The position numbers were made by a program, and so were the translations under genes. 62,590 nt of DNA from Toensbergia leucococca. Its lineage: Eukaryota. The DNA lies in contig JALDZS010000060.1 of assembly GCA_022813965.1 (NCBI GenBank), positions 62,001 through 124,590 of the forward strand, in the 5' to 3' direction. Positions 24,761-37,235 of this stretch are shown piece by piece. Position 1 is the stretch's first letter. Each line of letters starts with the position of its first letter. The notes beneath the pieces are model-generated. The model saw only the letters and a program-made list of their open reading frames with translations, was not told the DNA's origin and did no database searches.

Positions 24761-25790
24761 CTACTTCTTAGCAGCATTGGCCTCCTCAGCCTTGGCCTTG
24801 GCCCTCTTCTCCCTAATACCCACCAAGCGCGCATCACTCCGCGCATCTCTCAACCTCCGATACGCACCCTTCTCCCCCTCACCCATCTCGCTCCTCGCCA
24901 CCTCCCCAACAGCCTCTTCCCTGGCAATATTGACAATCGGCAACAAAGTCGCCGCCTTCAAAACAATCTTCCCTTCCTTGGCAGCTGCGGCGTGAGCCTC
25001 GACGTCTTCCTTGGATGAATCGAGAGTCTTGTGCTGACCGGGGCGGCGGGGGAAGAGGATCAGGCGGGCACGGTAGGCTTTGAGGCGAGCAACGTTGGCG
25101 GTTAGGGATTCGACACTTAGGTTTGCGCGGCGGGGGTCGACGCTGATGCCGATTGTGGGAGCTAGTTTGCGGGGAATGTTGGCTTCCTAAATTACGGGGT
25201 TGTTGGTTAGATATGAGTATCAGAATTGTAATGGAATCGTTGAAGCACACGGAGATGACAGGAGGTGAAGAAATAAAGGGATCTTGTATACCTTTAGTTC
25301 AGCGAGAGAGAACCCACGACCGGCTCGTACGCGGCGATTGTACTTGATGGAAGGGCAGCGTACGACAGGCCGGAGCTTGTCGACTGGGCGGGGAGCTACG
25401 GCTGCGATTTTAGTAAGACGGGCATTTCGACGACGGGATTTGCGTCCAGGCTGTTGGGGAAAAGGTCAGTACTGGAAATTCTGGATTCGGAGACATTGGA
25501 AGTATTGTATTGGACTGGGATTGTTGAAGCTCGATAGCAAGGAAAAGTTTACCTGGTCGAAGTGCGTGCGGACACGACGTTGCCAATCCTTGCGGAAATC
25601 TGGAGCCTGTGAGTATTTGATAATTAGGTGTGGACAAGGATGTACAGACGGTTGTGCTGAATTTGCTGATTGTGTTTGATCGTCTATGCCCAAGACACGG
25701 AGTTAGCTATCGTCTTATCTGCGCCAAAAGCACCTTGCTGATAGATCCTGGAAAGAGGCATCAAGAGCAAAATGAGCTGCGACATACCAT
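24761..25790 (-). CDS. RPL13: 60S ribosomal protein L13 (eL13)
   Basis: Five exons: [40 protein letters not shown]...[55 protein letters not shown]...[34 protein letters not shown]. Confidence 0.98.
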
Positions 25791-25886
25791 TGTGGCGGAT
25801 GGCGATCAAGAAATTGTGGTTGTCGTGATTGGCATTGGTGTCTTCCGTCGTGGAGGTCAGATTTCAACATTCGCGAGAATTAGTGT

Positions 25887-25916
25887 GCGAAATTTCGCTT
25901 AGACCCTAGCCCTACC
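25887..25916. promoter_or_regulatory. Putative ribosomal-protein promoter elements: palindrome GCGAAATTTCGC plus tandem CCCTA (Homol-E-like)
   Basis: About 100 bp upstream of the RPL13 ATG; GCGAAATTTCGC at 25887-25898 followed by ACCCTAGCCCTA. Function inferred. Confidence 0.45.
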
Positions 25917-26304
25917 TTCGAGCTTGTGTGAACAGATCGAGAGCATGACATTTGGCACACTATTAGTATTTCACCTCGCCAACACAATTCTTTGCCTATA
26001 TCTGAAATGATAATATCTAAGTCTGGCTAAGCTGCTTTTGTACTGCAATAAGATATGTTCCTACGGTCCACAATCAAGTCAAATGTGAAGCCAATATATG
26101 CAACAGACAGTGTTGATGCTGAGTTCGCCATGGATGCTATTGATAGCAGAAGCAAATCACACCTGTAACAAGTCCTTCAAAACAGTAAACCGCATTTTCA
26201 GTAATAAAGAGAGTATCATGTCTGTCCATCAATTGCGTCCAAATCATCAGGCTCAGGAGCAGGTTGAGACAGCCTCGACAAAGTAGGTTGCCATACGTCC
26301 AAAC

Positions 26305-27831
26305 TCACAATCCCGGGCTTGGCCAGCTGCTTATCCCCAATCCAACTCTGTGTATATTTGCATCCCCTAGCCTAGCTTTCTTACTGCTCCTTACTTCTTC
26401 GTCGAGCCCCTCTACATCTTCCCTTTTCTTCCGCGTAATGTCAAACTTTTCCGCACTAGGTTTCTTGATAATGCCAAATAGTTTGGCTTGCACCATCTTC
26501 GTGTCAGGAGTAGCTCCCGGTGGAGCCGTAGCGTTTGCCTTGGCCGTGGAAGATCGGCGAAGCATACTTGTTGCTGCCTGACTTGCTGAAGAGGCAGGAA
26601 CATCATCATCGGTGAAGGCCTCTTCGTTATCGGAAGCTGAGATAGTGCTATCTCGGTCCTCTCGACGGCGATTGTCTTGGTTGTAAGTAAGTTGAGTATT
26701 AGGCGCGGAGTAGCTCACTCGAAGGTCAGAAGTAGAATGGTTGATTGGCGTCAATAGCAGATTGTCTGCAGTGGTTGGTCTTGACCTGTTTGGTGTGGTT
26801 GGCAGGGAAGAGAGTGAATGAGCCCCACGAACATGGCCTTGGTGTAACTTCGTCTTTCGATGATGATTTGGGGTTGAGGGAACGCTGTTCGCCTCTACAT
26901 TCAAAGCTTGGCCTGCTGCAAGCAACGCATCGAAAGGATCTTGGCCGCTTGCAGGGTTGCTGGTAAGTTGAATAGATCTAGAGTTTCCAAAGGGCTTTAG
27001 AGCGGTTCTATTCGAGGATATCCCAAGACCCGTGAGAGGTGTACCATTGACAGACAAAGCACCTGATGAACGCATTGCATTAAGATGGTCGCGGTTCTGC
27101 TTGATACGCTGTCGTAGCTGGTGATTGTCTTCCGCAAGTTGTAAGTTCTTATCTTCTGCCTGTAAGATCAGCTTTTTCGCGCGTTTTACCCGATGCTCGA
27201 GCACGACATTCTCCGTTTCTAGCTGGCGACAATGCTCGAGTGCAAGGTCCAATCGACTATGTGCAGAGAGCTGTGGGGACCTTGGTGTGTTCCTAGCAGA
27301 GCCATCTCGATAAATTGAGCTCCCTGCCAGTAGAACTTCAACCTCTCGACGGGTCAATTCATGTTCCACCTGTGCTCGTTTTATAGATTCTGAGTTTTCA
27401 ATGCTGAGAAGGCTATATTGGAGCTTCGAATGAGCGGCAGACATGCGGGCATCGCTGAGAGCAGGCAATAGTTGAACAACAAGACTGCGCAGTTGTGTCT
27501 CTGTGAGGTTCTCGACATCACCGATAGAGGGAATCTCATTGATCCCACCGCCTAAGGCTAAGGGTAAAGGAGCCCCAGGCCTTAGAGTATCTGGAGGTGA
27601 AGCAAGTGATCGAGCCCTCTTGGTGACAAATTCCGAAGGACCCGAACTTGGGACTTGAGACGATGGTGGCGGTGTCAAATCAACAGCCAATGGTATAGGA
27701 GGAGATTCAAATCTTCCACGTTTCATTGTATCGATGCCGGCAGCGGTAGGAATCAAACTAACATTCGAATTTGGGCCACGGCTCAATATAGGTTCAGGCG
27801 TAGGGGTTCGAGGCATCGAAACGTCAGACAT
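26305..27831 (-). CDS. Conserved fungal hypothetical coiled-coil protein
   Basis: 508-aa ORF from ATG 27831; DLTPPPSSQ, ARMSAAHSKLQYSLLSIE, coiled coil LRQRIKQNRDHLN, FDALLAAGQAL. An upstream intron (GTAAGC ~27918 to TAG ~27857) implies a 5' exon, coding or UTR. Confidence 0.85.
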   Translation of the reverse strand: MSDVSMPRTPTPEPILSRGPNSNVSLIPTAAGIDTMKRGRFESPPIPLAVDLTPPPSSQVPSSGPSEFVTKRARSLASPPDTLRPGAPLPLALGGGINEIPSIGDVENLTETQLRSLVVQLLPALSDARMSAAHSKLQYSLLSIENSESIKRAQVEHELTRREVEVLLAGSSIYRDGSARNTPRSPQLSAHSRLDLALEHCRQLETENVVLEHRVKRAKKLILQAEDKNLQLAEDNHQLRQRIKQNRDHLNAMRSSGALSVNGTPLTGLGISSNRTALKPFGNSRSIQLTSNPASGQDPFDALLAAGQALNVEANSVPSTPNHHRKTKLHQGHVRGAHSLSSLPTTPNRSRPTTADNLLLTPINHSTSDLRVSYSAPNTQLTYNQDNRRREDRDSTISASDNEEAFTDDDVPASSASQAATSMLRRSSTAKANATAPPGATPDTKMVQAKLFGIIKKPSAEKFDITRKKREDVEGLDEEVRSSKKARLGDANIHRVGLGISSWPSPGL

Positions 27832-28276
27832 ATTGAAAAGCAAGCGTGAGATAGGTCTATCACAAGGTCGAATCAGTAAGTTTTGCAGAGAACATGGCCC
27901 CGTGATTGAGAAGCTTACACAACTATTAGGCGGGTTTCTGACACAGCCGATGAGCTCGGAAACTTGTGCTCAGTTGCAATGATACGCTGTTCCTGCCTTT
28001 ACAGCGATTGTATTGTATTCTTGGGGTAGAGCGTAGAGAGTGCAGGCATGTGGTGGGTTGGCCTGAGCATCCTGGGCTGCTACAAATACTCCAGGTTTCA
28101 GTATTCTAGTGGTGGGGAGGAGGCTGGGGCTCTTGCAATAGAGTGATGGCGGGAGACGCACTAATAGGCTAATAGCGGGATCACCTTGCGCGCTACCAAT
28201 CCGTATCCACTAAAATAGTGCATGGGATATTGGTTGTAGGGGTAACGACAGCATCAAAACACGTCAATAATGAGTG

Positions 28277-28292
28277 TACGGAGTACGGAGTA
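28277..28292. promoter_or_regulatory. Overlapping tandem TACGGAGTA motif in a divergent promoter
   Basis: TACGGAGTACGGAGTA between the divergent 27831(-) and 28410(+) genes. Confidence 0.4.
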
Positions 28293-28409
28293 ACAATTCT
28301 AAGAATGCGTACAAAGTGCCATTACTCATATAAAAAGACCGAGGACGCATGGCACGTTTCTTGGTGAAAGATACTAGATATTAGCCTCCTAAGCTCTCCA
28401 ACCCTTTTG

Positions 28410-31400
28410 ATGGAGTCCGATCCAACTAACAGTACCCCTTCCAAAGCTTCAGGTATCCCGCGACCGTCCAGACTACCCAGAAGCTTACATGGAGGATCGG
28501 ATCATAGTATCCTAAAGTCCCCCATCAAGGTCTCACACAATACAATCCACGATGCAGCTTCTCGGATACCCCCCCGAGCCCAGACATCAGCTGGTATTCA
28601 TAGACCTATCAAAGGTGGAAGCCCAGGTACTCACCGAGTTGGGTGTCAGACTCTTGGGGGAAGACATATATTGAGGCCACCAGCCCCACCTACCTCTGAA
28701 GAATTGGGACCAAATGATCGGCTTCCTCACAGGGGCGAAGAACAACAAGACAGAGGTGATATGCTAGAACCCAAAAGTCCAGGAACAAGTAATTGTCGAC
28801 ACTCAAGGCTTTCCCTCTCAGATCGTACCAGTGAGACCCTATCACGCGTTCCTCCTTCGCCATCGCCCCGACCACCCAAGCCAACCCTTTTCTATACAGA
28901 AAGCCCGAGGCACAACTTAACTCGTCCTGTGTCATCCTTTGGTCAATATCCCCCCTTTCCAAGCGATGGACAGCATCCTCCGCCTCTCCCGACTCAAAGG
29001 CCGACGTCACCTAGTAAGCGACAAATAACGGCCTCTTTAGAAAGGCAACCCGCTCAACTCACTATTAATAGCAGAGCTCTGGGTTCGTCTACCGCACGAG
29101 ATGTTCCTCAAGCTCGAACGAAGGCTAGTAATAACACGTCGAGGACACCTACAAGGTCTGATTTACCAAAGTCCGCCAAGACCGTTAATGGGACTCCAAT
29201 CAAAAGTCATTTCTCAAAATCTCTAGGTGAGAGCAAAAAAATTGCTTCTAGAGGTACAAAACCGAGATCTCCCTTGAAGGACGTCTTTACCGAGCCGTCT
29301 TTGCAGGTCCTTAGTGAGCCGAAAAGTAAAGCTACAAGTCCTACAAGAAAACCTTTACCGCCTCACTTCACATCTTCGGTGCTAAAATCACCTAAATCAC
29401 CGAGGCCTTCGAGGACTCCCCATCAGGCTTCAGCAGGGCTAAATGGCAATGCTGAATTGCCCTCCACCGCCGATGAGCACAAGTCTGCAAAATCATCAAA
29501 TGCTCTTCGGGACAGAATAGCAAAGGCGAAAGCAGCGCGTCGTGCTGCTATTAAGCACGACGCCGACTCTCCAGCGCCTACAAATACAGCCTCGGATCTC
29601 TCTTCCGAGACGCCCACGATTCTTGAGCAGCCAATAGGCGATGCCCTATATGGCAATAACAGAGGTCTTTTACGTAAAAGAATAGAGACTGCGAGACTAG
29701 ACGGACGTCTTAACATTGCCGCATTAGGTTTAACGGACTTCCCTATAGAAGTTATCAAAATGTATGACAACGATGTTATAGATACTAACAATGGTGCATG
29801 GTATGAAAGTGTCGATCTGGTGCGCCTTAATGCTGCGGATAACGATTTTGAAGAAATTGGGGATCAGATATTTCCAGACTGTTCTGCAGGATCTTATGGT
29901 TTTTCCGATGAAGCGTCTCAAGGCAATCAATTCGGTGGGTTGGAAACATTAGACTTACATGGCAATCGATTGAAATCGGTGCCAGTCGGGTTCAGGAGCT
30001 TGAATCACTTGACAATACTCAACCTCTCCCGAAACCGGTTAGGCAGTGCAGTTATCGATACTATCAGCCAGATCAAGAGTTTACGAGAACTTCGACTAGC
30101 AGAAAACGCTATTGATGGAGCTCTTTCTGCGTGTCTCGGTGATTTAGAGAACTTGACGACACTAGATCTCCGTGACAACAAAATCAGCGACCTGCCAGGT
30201 GCTTTGTCTAAGCTACTAAATTTGCACATCCTCATTGTCCGCGGGAACCATTTGACCTCGCTGCCCTTCCACTCCATTGGATTGCTACCATTAGCTGAGC
30301 TTGACGCCTCGCGGAACAAATTAAGTGGTTCACTACTACCGCTTGGTTCCCAAAGTTTGCCCAAGCTAAAAGCTCTGGACGTCTCAAATAATGCCCTGAC
30401 AAATATCGCAGAGGACAACACCATGAACGTGCCACTGTTAGAGTGTTTAAACGTCAGCCACAACAGAATCACTCACCTCCCCAACCTATCAAACTCAAAA
30501 TCCTTAATGAGTATCACTGCCGAATGCAACGCGCTCAAGTCCCTTCCAGAAGGTTTAACATTGCTTGAAAACCTAAAAGTCATCGACTTCACCAGCAACA
30601 GCCTAACCAAACTCGATGACCGCCTAGGTCTGATGGAAAACCTCACTATCCTTCGAATCGGCAACAACCCTCTCCGCGACCGCAAATTTCTAAGCCTGAC
30701 AAGCGAAAACCTTAAGCTCGAACTCTGCAACCGCCTCGCCCCGTCAGACACTCCTGACCCTATCAGTAACGACATGGCTCCAATAAAATCAAATGGCATC
30801 CTCGACCAATCCTCCAGCAATCTCCACACTCTAGATGCCTCCTCCCTCTCCCCACCCCTCATTACTACACCCATCCGCACCCTACTCCTGCACCACAACC
30901 ACCTCTCCCATATTCCCACATCACTAGTCTTCACAGCCTCCACCCTCACAACCCTAGACCTCTCCTCCAACGCTCTGGCTACAACAACTTACTTTCCACA
31001 CCCCTTGTCCCTCCCACACCTAACCCACCTTTCCCTCTCATCCAACACAATCACATCTCTCACACCTCTCATCCAAAACCTCTCCTCCCCAAACCTCTCC
31101 ACCATCTCCCTCGCCCACAACCGTCTAACCCATCTCCCGCCTCTACGTCCACACTTGCCAGCTCTAAGAACCGTCCTCGCTCCCGACAACCTCATCGCCG
31201 AGCTTGACGTCTCAGCGGTACAGGGACTGCACACACTGGATGTGAGCAGCAATGAGATTGGGCATTTGGAGCCGAGGCTGGGGCTGTTGGGGGGCGAGCT
31301 GAAATGTTTGGTGGTGGGCGGGAATCGGTTTCGGGTACCGGGGTTTCGAGTGCTGGAGAAGGGGACGGAGGCGACGTTGGAGTGGTTGAGAGGGAGGATA

Positions 31401-31430
31401 CCGCTCGGGGAGGGAGAGGAGATGGATTGA
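28410..31430 (+). CDS. Leucine-rich repeat protein (LRRC40-like C-terminal LRR array, disordered N-half)
   Basis: 1006-aa intronless ORF; ARLDGRLNIAALGLTDFP, many LxxLxLxxNxL repeats, terminal GNRFRVPGFRVLEKGTEATLEWLRGRIP typical of LRRC40-like proteins. Confidence 0.93.
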   Translation: MESDPTNSTPSKASGIPRPSRLPRSLHGGSDHSILKSPIKVSHNTIHDAASRIPPRAQTSAGIHRPIKGGSPGTHRVGCQTLGGRHILRPPAPPTSEELGPNDRLPHRGEEQQDRGDMLEPKSPGTSNCRHSRLSLSDRTSETLSRVPPSPSPRPPKPTLFYTESPRHNLTRPVSSFGQYPPFPSDGQHPPPLPTQRPTSPSKRQITASLERQPAQLTINSRALGSSTARDVPQARTKASNNTSRTPTRSDLPKSAKTVNGTPIKSHFSKSLGESKKIASRGTKPRSPLKDVFTEPSLQVLSEPKSKATSPTRKPLPPHFTSSVLKSPKSPRPSRTPHQASAGLNGNAELPSTADEHKSAKSSNALRDRIAKAKAARRAAIKHDADSPAPTNTASDLSSETPTILEQPIGDALYGNNRGLLRKRIETARLDGRLNIAALGLTDFPIEVIKMYDNDVIDTNNGAWYESVDLVRLNAADNDFEEIGDQIFPDCSAGSYGFSDEASQGNQFGGLETLDLHGNRLKSVPVGFRSLNHLTILNLSRNRLGSAVIDTISQIKSLRELRLAENAIDGALSACLGDLENLTTLDLRDNKISDLPGALSKLLNLHILIVRGNHLTSLPFHSIGLLPLAELDASRNKLSGSLLPLGSQSLPKLKALDVSNNALTNIAEDNTMNVPLLECLNVSHNRITHLPNLSNSKSLMSITAECNALKSLPEGLTLLENLKVIDFTSNSLTKLDDRLGLMENLTILRIGNNPLRDRKFLSLTSENLKLELCNRLAPSDTPDPISNDMAPIKSNGILDQSSSNLHTLDASSLSPPLITTPIRTLLLHHNHLSHIPTSLVFTASTLTTLDLSSNALATTTYFPHPLSLPHLTHLSLSSNTITSLTPLIQNLSSPNLSTISLAHNRLTHLPPLRPHLPALRTVLAPDNLIAELDVSAVQGLHTLDVSSNEIGHLEPRLGLLGGELKCLVVGGNRFRVPGFRVLEKGTEATLEWLRGRIPLGEGEEMD

Positions 31431-31756
31431 TTGATTGATTGACTGGGAATGGAGTATATGCTTTTTTCTTGAGAGTGGCCGGCTTGTCTTGGGGTCAATG
31501 AGCGAGGTAGTGATATCACATACTTTGTATTGCCGGGGTTTTCATGTTTCCATTACTTGGGGATAGACGGCTGGGTTTTGGACCAGTGAGCGAGTAGGGT
31601 GTCGAAGGAGACTCAGTTTGTATGACTAAGAATTACCACGGGGTTTGCATTGTGTCGGAGTATCATGTCTACAACTTTCCAACAACTCCGAACCCGATGC
31701 CCAAACCTCCAATTATATCCTCCATGCATCATATGCCCATAACAACGGTCCTCAAT

Positions 31757-32824
31757 CTACAACTCCGCCATCCTAGCCAACCACTTCCCACTCCACGTCG
31801 AAAACTCATCCTCCTCCTCTCCCCACCCCTTCCTCACCCCCTCCACGCATTCCCTCGCCTTCCCCCTCAATACCCCCAGCCGCTCTTCCACTTCCGCCTC
31901 GTCGCCCGCATACAACGCCCCAGCAACCTCGTCCGCTTCTTCGGAAAAGAGCCGGGTGTACGCTATCAGCTTATCGAAGCGCAGGACCAGCTCCGACGGA
32001 GGAAGAAGCGCAGTGGGCGGCATCTCAGGAAAATCTCCGATGAAGGTCCGGCCGGTGATGTTATGGAAGGTGCTGATGCGCCGTTTGAGGATGGCGGGGT
32101 ACAGGAGGGAGATGAGGCGGAGGGTGGTGAGGACTTTGCTTTGCAGGGCGGTAGCTGCGATTTGAGGGGGGGTGGGCTGGCTTGGGGGGGAGGGAGGTGG
32201 AGAGAGAGGGGGGGAGATGGAGCCGGAGGAGGAGGGGGTTAAGGGGGCAGTGGGGTCCCAGTCTTCGAGCTCGGTTATGGCGTCTTTTAGGAGGGAGTGG
32301 TTTTGTTGGACTGATGTTGTTGTGAGGCCTATCAGGCCTGTTTCCTCGAGGAGGATCATGCTGTCACAATTTGACCAGAGTACGCCTGTAGAGGGGAGGG
32401 TGGCTCGTTGAGGGGTGGGGGCGTCGGTCGTGATGGAGGAGAGCAGGTTCTTTAGCTCGTGGAAGGTTTGCAGGAGTTTGCTGAGTATGTGGCTGCGGAG
32501 GTGCTGAGTGTATTTTTCTGGGACACAGAGTTCGTAGGCGATTTGAAGGTGCATCAGGGATTCGTTGAGGGAGTTGAGGATGTGGGTTATTTCTGAGGGG
32601 GTGAAGGGTGGTGTTATGATCAGGAGGGATAGTTTTGTAGTTTGGGCTTTCAATAGGCGGGCTGCGCTTGAGAGGAGGTGGAGGGGGTTTAGGAGGATCT
32701 CTGATTGTGGTGTGTTTTCGAGTGGGGTGGATTGGACGGCGATGAAGCGGTCGAGAACATTGTTAATATTTAAGAGGGTTTGTTGGAGCGTCTCAAGAGC
32801 TGAGGCACTAGGAGATGAAGCCAT
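31757..32824 (-). CDS. Cyclin-D1-binding protein 1 / GCIP-domain protein
   Basis: 355-aa ORF; LLKAQTTKLSLLIITPPFTPS, STGVLWSNCD, LLKDAITELEDW, SEEADEVAGALY. Confidence 0.85.
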   Translation of the reverse strand: MASSPSASALETLQQTLLNINNVLDRFIAVQSTPLENTPQSEILLNPLHLLSSAARLLKAQTTKLSLLIITPPFTPSEITHILNSLNESLMHLQIAYELCVPEKYTQHLRSHILSKLLQTFHELKNLLSSITTDAPTPQRATLPSTGVLWSNCDSMILLEETGLIGLTTTSVQQNHSLLKDAITELEDWDPTAPLTPSSSGSISPPLSPPPSPPSQPTPPQIAATALQSKVLTTLRLISLLYPAILKRRISTFHNITGRTFIGDFPEMPPTALLPPSELVLRFDKLIAYTRLFSEEADEVAGALYAGDEAEVEERLGVLRGKARECVEGVRKGWGEEEDEFSTWSGKWLARMAEL

Positions 32825-33126
32825 GATGCTGTACGATCCGGTTGGTAGGGTTCCTAAGTGGCAGTATAGCAGTATAGAATTCTTGCAGCTTTCGGAGATT
32901 TTTGAGGTTTGAATGTGAAGCCCCAGCCCTACGAAGCCTTTTACTCGCTTATTCTAACACAACCAGCACGGAAGTTCAAGATTTCGTTTCACGTCAATTC
33001 ATTACTTCCTCCACCGCTCGGTTTTATTTGATCAACCTCCAACGTAGATGGCATCCTGTCTGCGACGAGAACCCAATATGGTCTTGAACAATTATCATAC
33101 CCAGCTTCATCGAAAGTGACTTCAAG

Positions 33127-34721
33127 ATGCCTCGACAGACCAAGGCCGCAGATAAAGTGTTGCCGGAACAAACTCTGGTCATCGATAATGGTGCCTTTTC
33201 GATGAAAGCTGGCTTTGCTACTCCTTCTCCGCAACTAGAAGACTGTAATCTTGTACCCAATTGCATTGCAAGAAGCCGTGATAAGCGCATCTGGGTCGGA
33301 GCACAGCTTGATATATGCAAGGACTTTGGTGAGATTGCTTTCAGGAGGCCTGTCGAAAAAGGCTACCTTGTCAATTGGGAAGCGGAAAAAGAGATCTGGG
33401 ATAACGCTTTCTTAGACAAGGCATCAGTTCTGAAAGTAAGCAAAACTGTGCCTCGGAGACCCAAGTGAGCCACTGATATCATTCTTCCCAAGTGTGATCC
33501 TCATGAAGTCAACTTGCTACTTACCGAAGCCCCTAATGCACCATTGGCCTTGCAGAACAACTGCGACCAAATGATCTTTGAGGAGTACGAGTTTGCTTCC
33601 TACTATCGATGTCCAGGTCCGTGAATGGCAAGATATCGTGGATGATCTCTTGGGGTGGTCAACTGATACGAAAGGTAGGTCCATCACTAAACGCATTCAA
33701 TGACATTCCTCAATTGTTTGGTGATCATCTTCGAGACCCCGAATTGAGTATACTTCCCGTGGAATGCCTACTTGTCATTGACTCTGGTTTCTCTCATACA
33801 ACAGTGACTCCAGTATTCAAAGGCAGGCCCATTCAGCAAGCCATAAGGCGTCTTGACATTGGGGGCAAATTCCTTACAAATTCATTGAAAGAGCTCGTCT
33901 CGATTCGTCATTATAACATGCTGGATGAGACTCACCTGATGAATGAAATTAAAGAAGCTGTCTCATTTGTTAGTAATAACTTCAGACAAGACCTTGAATC
34001 AACTTGGAAGGGCGGAGTGGGCGCAAGGAAAAAGAATCAAGAGAGCAAAGACAGTCTCGTCGTCGACTATGTTCTTCCAGACTATAACACGCATAAGCAG
34101 GGCTTTGTTCGCCCTCATGATCCGTCCTCGGCGGCCAAACTGAAGAAGATGGGTACTATGGCAGGAGCTGGGGGTTTGGTCGAGGACTTTATGACCCTTG
34201 GTAATGAGAGGTTCACTGTCCCAGAGCTTCTTTTCAGTCCTGGCGATGTGGGTATGATGCAACCCGGCTTGCCAGAAACAATCATGCAGAGCTTGTCAGG
34301 AGTTCCTTCGGGCCTATGGCCGGTGATGCTTTCAAACATGCTCGTAGTTGGAGGGAATTCGAAGATTGATGGGTTCATGGAAAGACTGTGAGCTGTACTC
34401 ATATGTATGCTGCTCGCGAATACTGAACGTCTGGCCCAGGGAGATGGAAGTACGTCAGCTGGCGCCAGCTGAGTGTACTGTACGGATCGCAAAGGCACCT
34501 GAGTAAGTTGATCAGCCTCTTGGAGTCTTCTCAAGCGATGCGGATGTCTCAGCATGATTAGACTAACTATGGATAGTCCAATCAAGTCGACTTGGCTTGG
34601 TGGAGCACGGCTTGCAAGCAATCCAACTGCATTGAAGGCTGTTCAGATTACGCGACAGGAATATCAAGAGCACGGCAGTGGATGGCTGGCCAAGGTGTTT
34701 TCTGGGGCAATTGCAAGATAG
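33127..34721 (+). CDS. ARP6: Actin-related protein 6 (SWR1 complex subunit)
   Basis: Five exons; LVIDNGAFSMKAG, RRPVEKGYLVNWE, LLLTEAP, LVIDSGFSHTTVTP, RRLDIGGKFLTN, DYVLPDY, LGNERFTVPELLFSPGDVG, PIKSTWLGG. Confidence 0.96.
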
Positions 34722-37235
34722 AGCTGTAGAAGACAAGCTTGAAATAATCCGAGGTTGGATGTAATATTCTGTGATGAAGTTAACGGAATACGCGGTCGAG
34801 TATCAGGTATGTTGACCTTTTTATACAGTCAAATATGTCAAGGCAAGAAGCTCTTGTTGGCTTCTTGGCAGAAGTGTTTGTCTTTTTGCGAACATGGTCA
34901 TATTTCTGGTTGGGGATGCCTTTTCAAATAATGATTTGGAGAAGTTATAACAGTGAATAGTTCCTCTTCTCCCAATGTATTAGATAGCTGAGTGGTAAAG
35001 AGGGACGCCTCCCACCTTCAATGTAAAGTAGCCTGCTCTACTGAGCATAAAATGCTCGCATGTTGTTAGAAATCAATGTACAAGATCGAGGGTTCGAGGC
35101 CTGTCTCCCCCTCAGATTTTTTGTGTGTTTTTTTGGCACTTTTGCTACGAGTGCCAAGGCTTCCCCTTTGTTGCAATTGCTAGACGTCTCAAAATCGATT
35201 CTCTGCAGCTTCAATTATTCGAATAAAATCATCGGAGCAGCTGCGTATAAATTGCTAATATTCCCCTCGAGCAGACTTCATTTTATTGCACCGAATGAGC
35301 TCTTTCAGCTTCGGCTGATGCTCTGGCAGTCTTGGGAAATGAAAGTTCTAAGCGATTGCTTGGCTGCCATCTATAGCTACGGGAGCACCTGCTTTATTAG
35401 GAAGACAGCACCATGAGATGGGGTTCCTACTCATACCCCCGCCCTTGTGCCTCAAACCGCTATATCTAGAGTGGAATATCTGATTCCTGGCATTCCCGAG
35501 AGGTAGACAAAGACCGGTTGGTGAGAGAAAAGAGGAACCAGCAAGAGCGGACTAAATACGTGAAAGGTACCGTCACTGACTACATAACATCTTCAAATGA
35601 CTTGACGATGTGATGTTCGATGTTATATATAATATAGAGGAAAAAGTACAAAACAGAATACCTACGCCATACTATGTGGTACTACTAACGCATACTAACT
35701 CACGACCAAGAATCTGAAACTCCTAATACTGAGGTCCGCCTTTTGCAGAAACCTGCCGCCTTGAACCAAGGTCCTGACTTTGCGGCCGTGCCAGTCCAGC
35801 AGAAGATGAAAGAAGCAATGCACACACACTGAGCTAATCATGATGATCCTGACAATGTCAAGCTGTTCTCCCCTTTACAAGTGGGCCAAGCCGGTTCGAT
35901 GTTTACCTCTCGGATAGCAGATGTCCTAGCAAATCAGGTCCAATAATGAAGGCAGGTTCCTGAAGCAGTCGACATCCATGATAGTCTCATCAAGTCTTGC
36001 ACGTACTATCTCGGCTACGAGAACATCCTGAGGATCTACATTCTTCTGTTTGTCAAGACTGGGAATGAAGCAAGAAGCCACAGTTGGGACCGCTATGAGA
36101 CACATCGTGAGACAATAGAGTACGCAAAGGTGACGACCTCGCAGATGAACGGAGGACCGCCAGACGGCCATTTCTTTATTTTCCCGTCCCTAGAAGAGAT
36201 GAACGACGGCGTGGCAATTAACATACCTTCGAGGGGTCCCTTGACCGGCTTCCTAGTCTCCCGAAGCTAGAATAAGGACTACAAATATGGAAATTAGAAT
36301 CGAGACAGCACTACGATAACATCTACGAGGGACTAAGGTCAATGCTCGATCGCCGGCTTCCAGAAGCAGATGGATCGTACGGAGGCTTCGGGCTCTTCCT
36401 GAAGGGAAAGGCAGGGACATAATTCTGGGTGATATTTGCACGCATGACTATGTAGCTAATCGAGGATGGAGCCATCGTTGGATCAAGATTTATCCTACAG
36501 CAATAGATCCATTTCATTCCCACAGAGAAGACGATTTGTCGCCTGCATACAGCGTTGGAGAGCTAGGAACTAGTCATCCCTGAAGGCTAGAAACCAAGAA
36601 ACCCCTTTCAAAGGTTGTCGCTAATCGCACGATGATGGCACCTTCGAAACGTTGGGGATCAAAGTCAGAGAATCGGAAAGACCTGAGAAATGAGTGCAAG
36701 GAGAAGACCAAGAGGCATTCCAAGACTTTGCTCCCGTTCTACATATCCAAAGTCCAGCAACAGAATCAACCACCTGCTGCGTGCAGCCCATTGATAATCT
36801 AACGTATGTGAAAGACCTTTCATTACCTGAGTGATAAAGCCCATGCAATGGCGAGCTTGTGATAACATATTTATCGGTATTGAACAGACAACTTTTATAC
36901 TATATGTAATGTCTATGATATGATTGCCATAGAGCATGTCCTAGACAAATGAGAAGAGAATGTTCTACAAGTCAAATGCAAAAAATCGGCAATTACTAGG
37001 AGAAATTGCTAACCAAAGCGCTTATGATTTTTCACAACTACCTACCACCGGAATCCATCCACACATCAAGAGTCGTATTTGCATTTATCCTCCTATAAGC
37101 AACCACCACGCTCTACCACAATCCCATCCAAAAATGTCCTTCTCAACATTCTCAATCCCAAGAAATCCCCTCCCTATCAAACCTCCCCCTCCCCCATACC
37201 TTCATTCCTCGATGGATGGTAAATTTTGAGCAACC

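Noticed and set aside
36522..36535. U6 snRNA-like ACAGAGAAG
   Set aside because: Lacks the following ATTAGCATGG and the rest of U6.
34900..36950. Gene or pseudogene (short ORFs, intron-like GTATGT...CTAG near 36226-36191)
   Set aside because: No consistent spliced frame or recognisable motif could be built; possibly decayed coding DNA.
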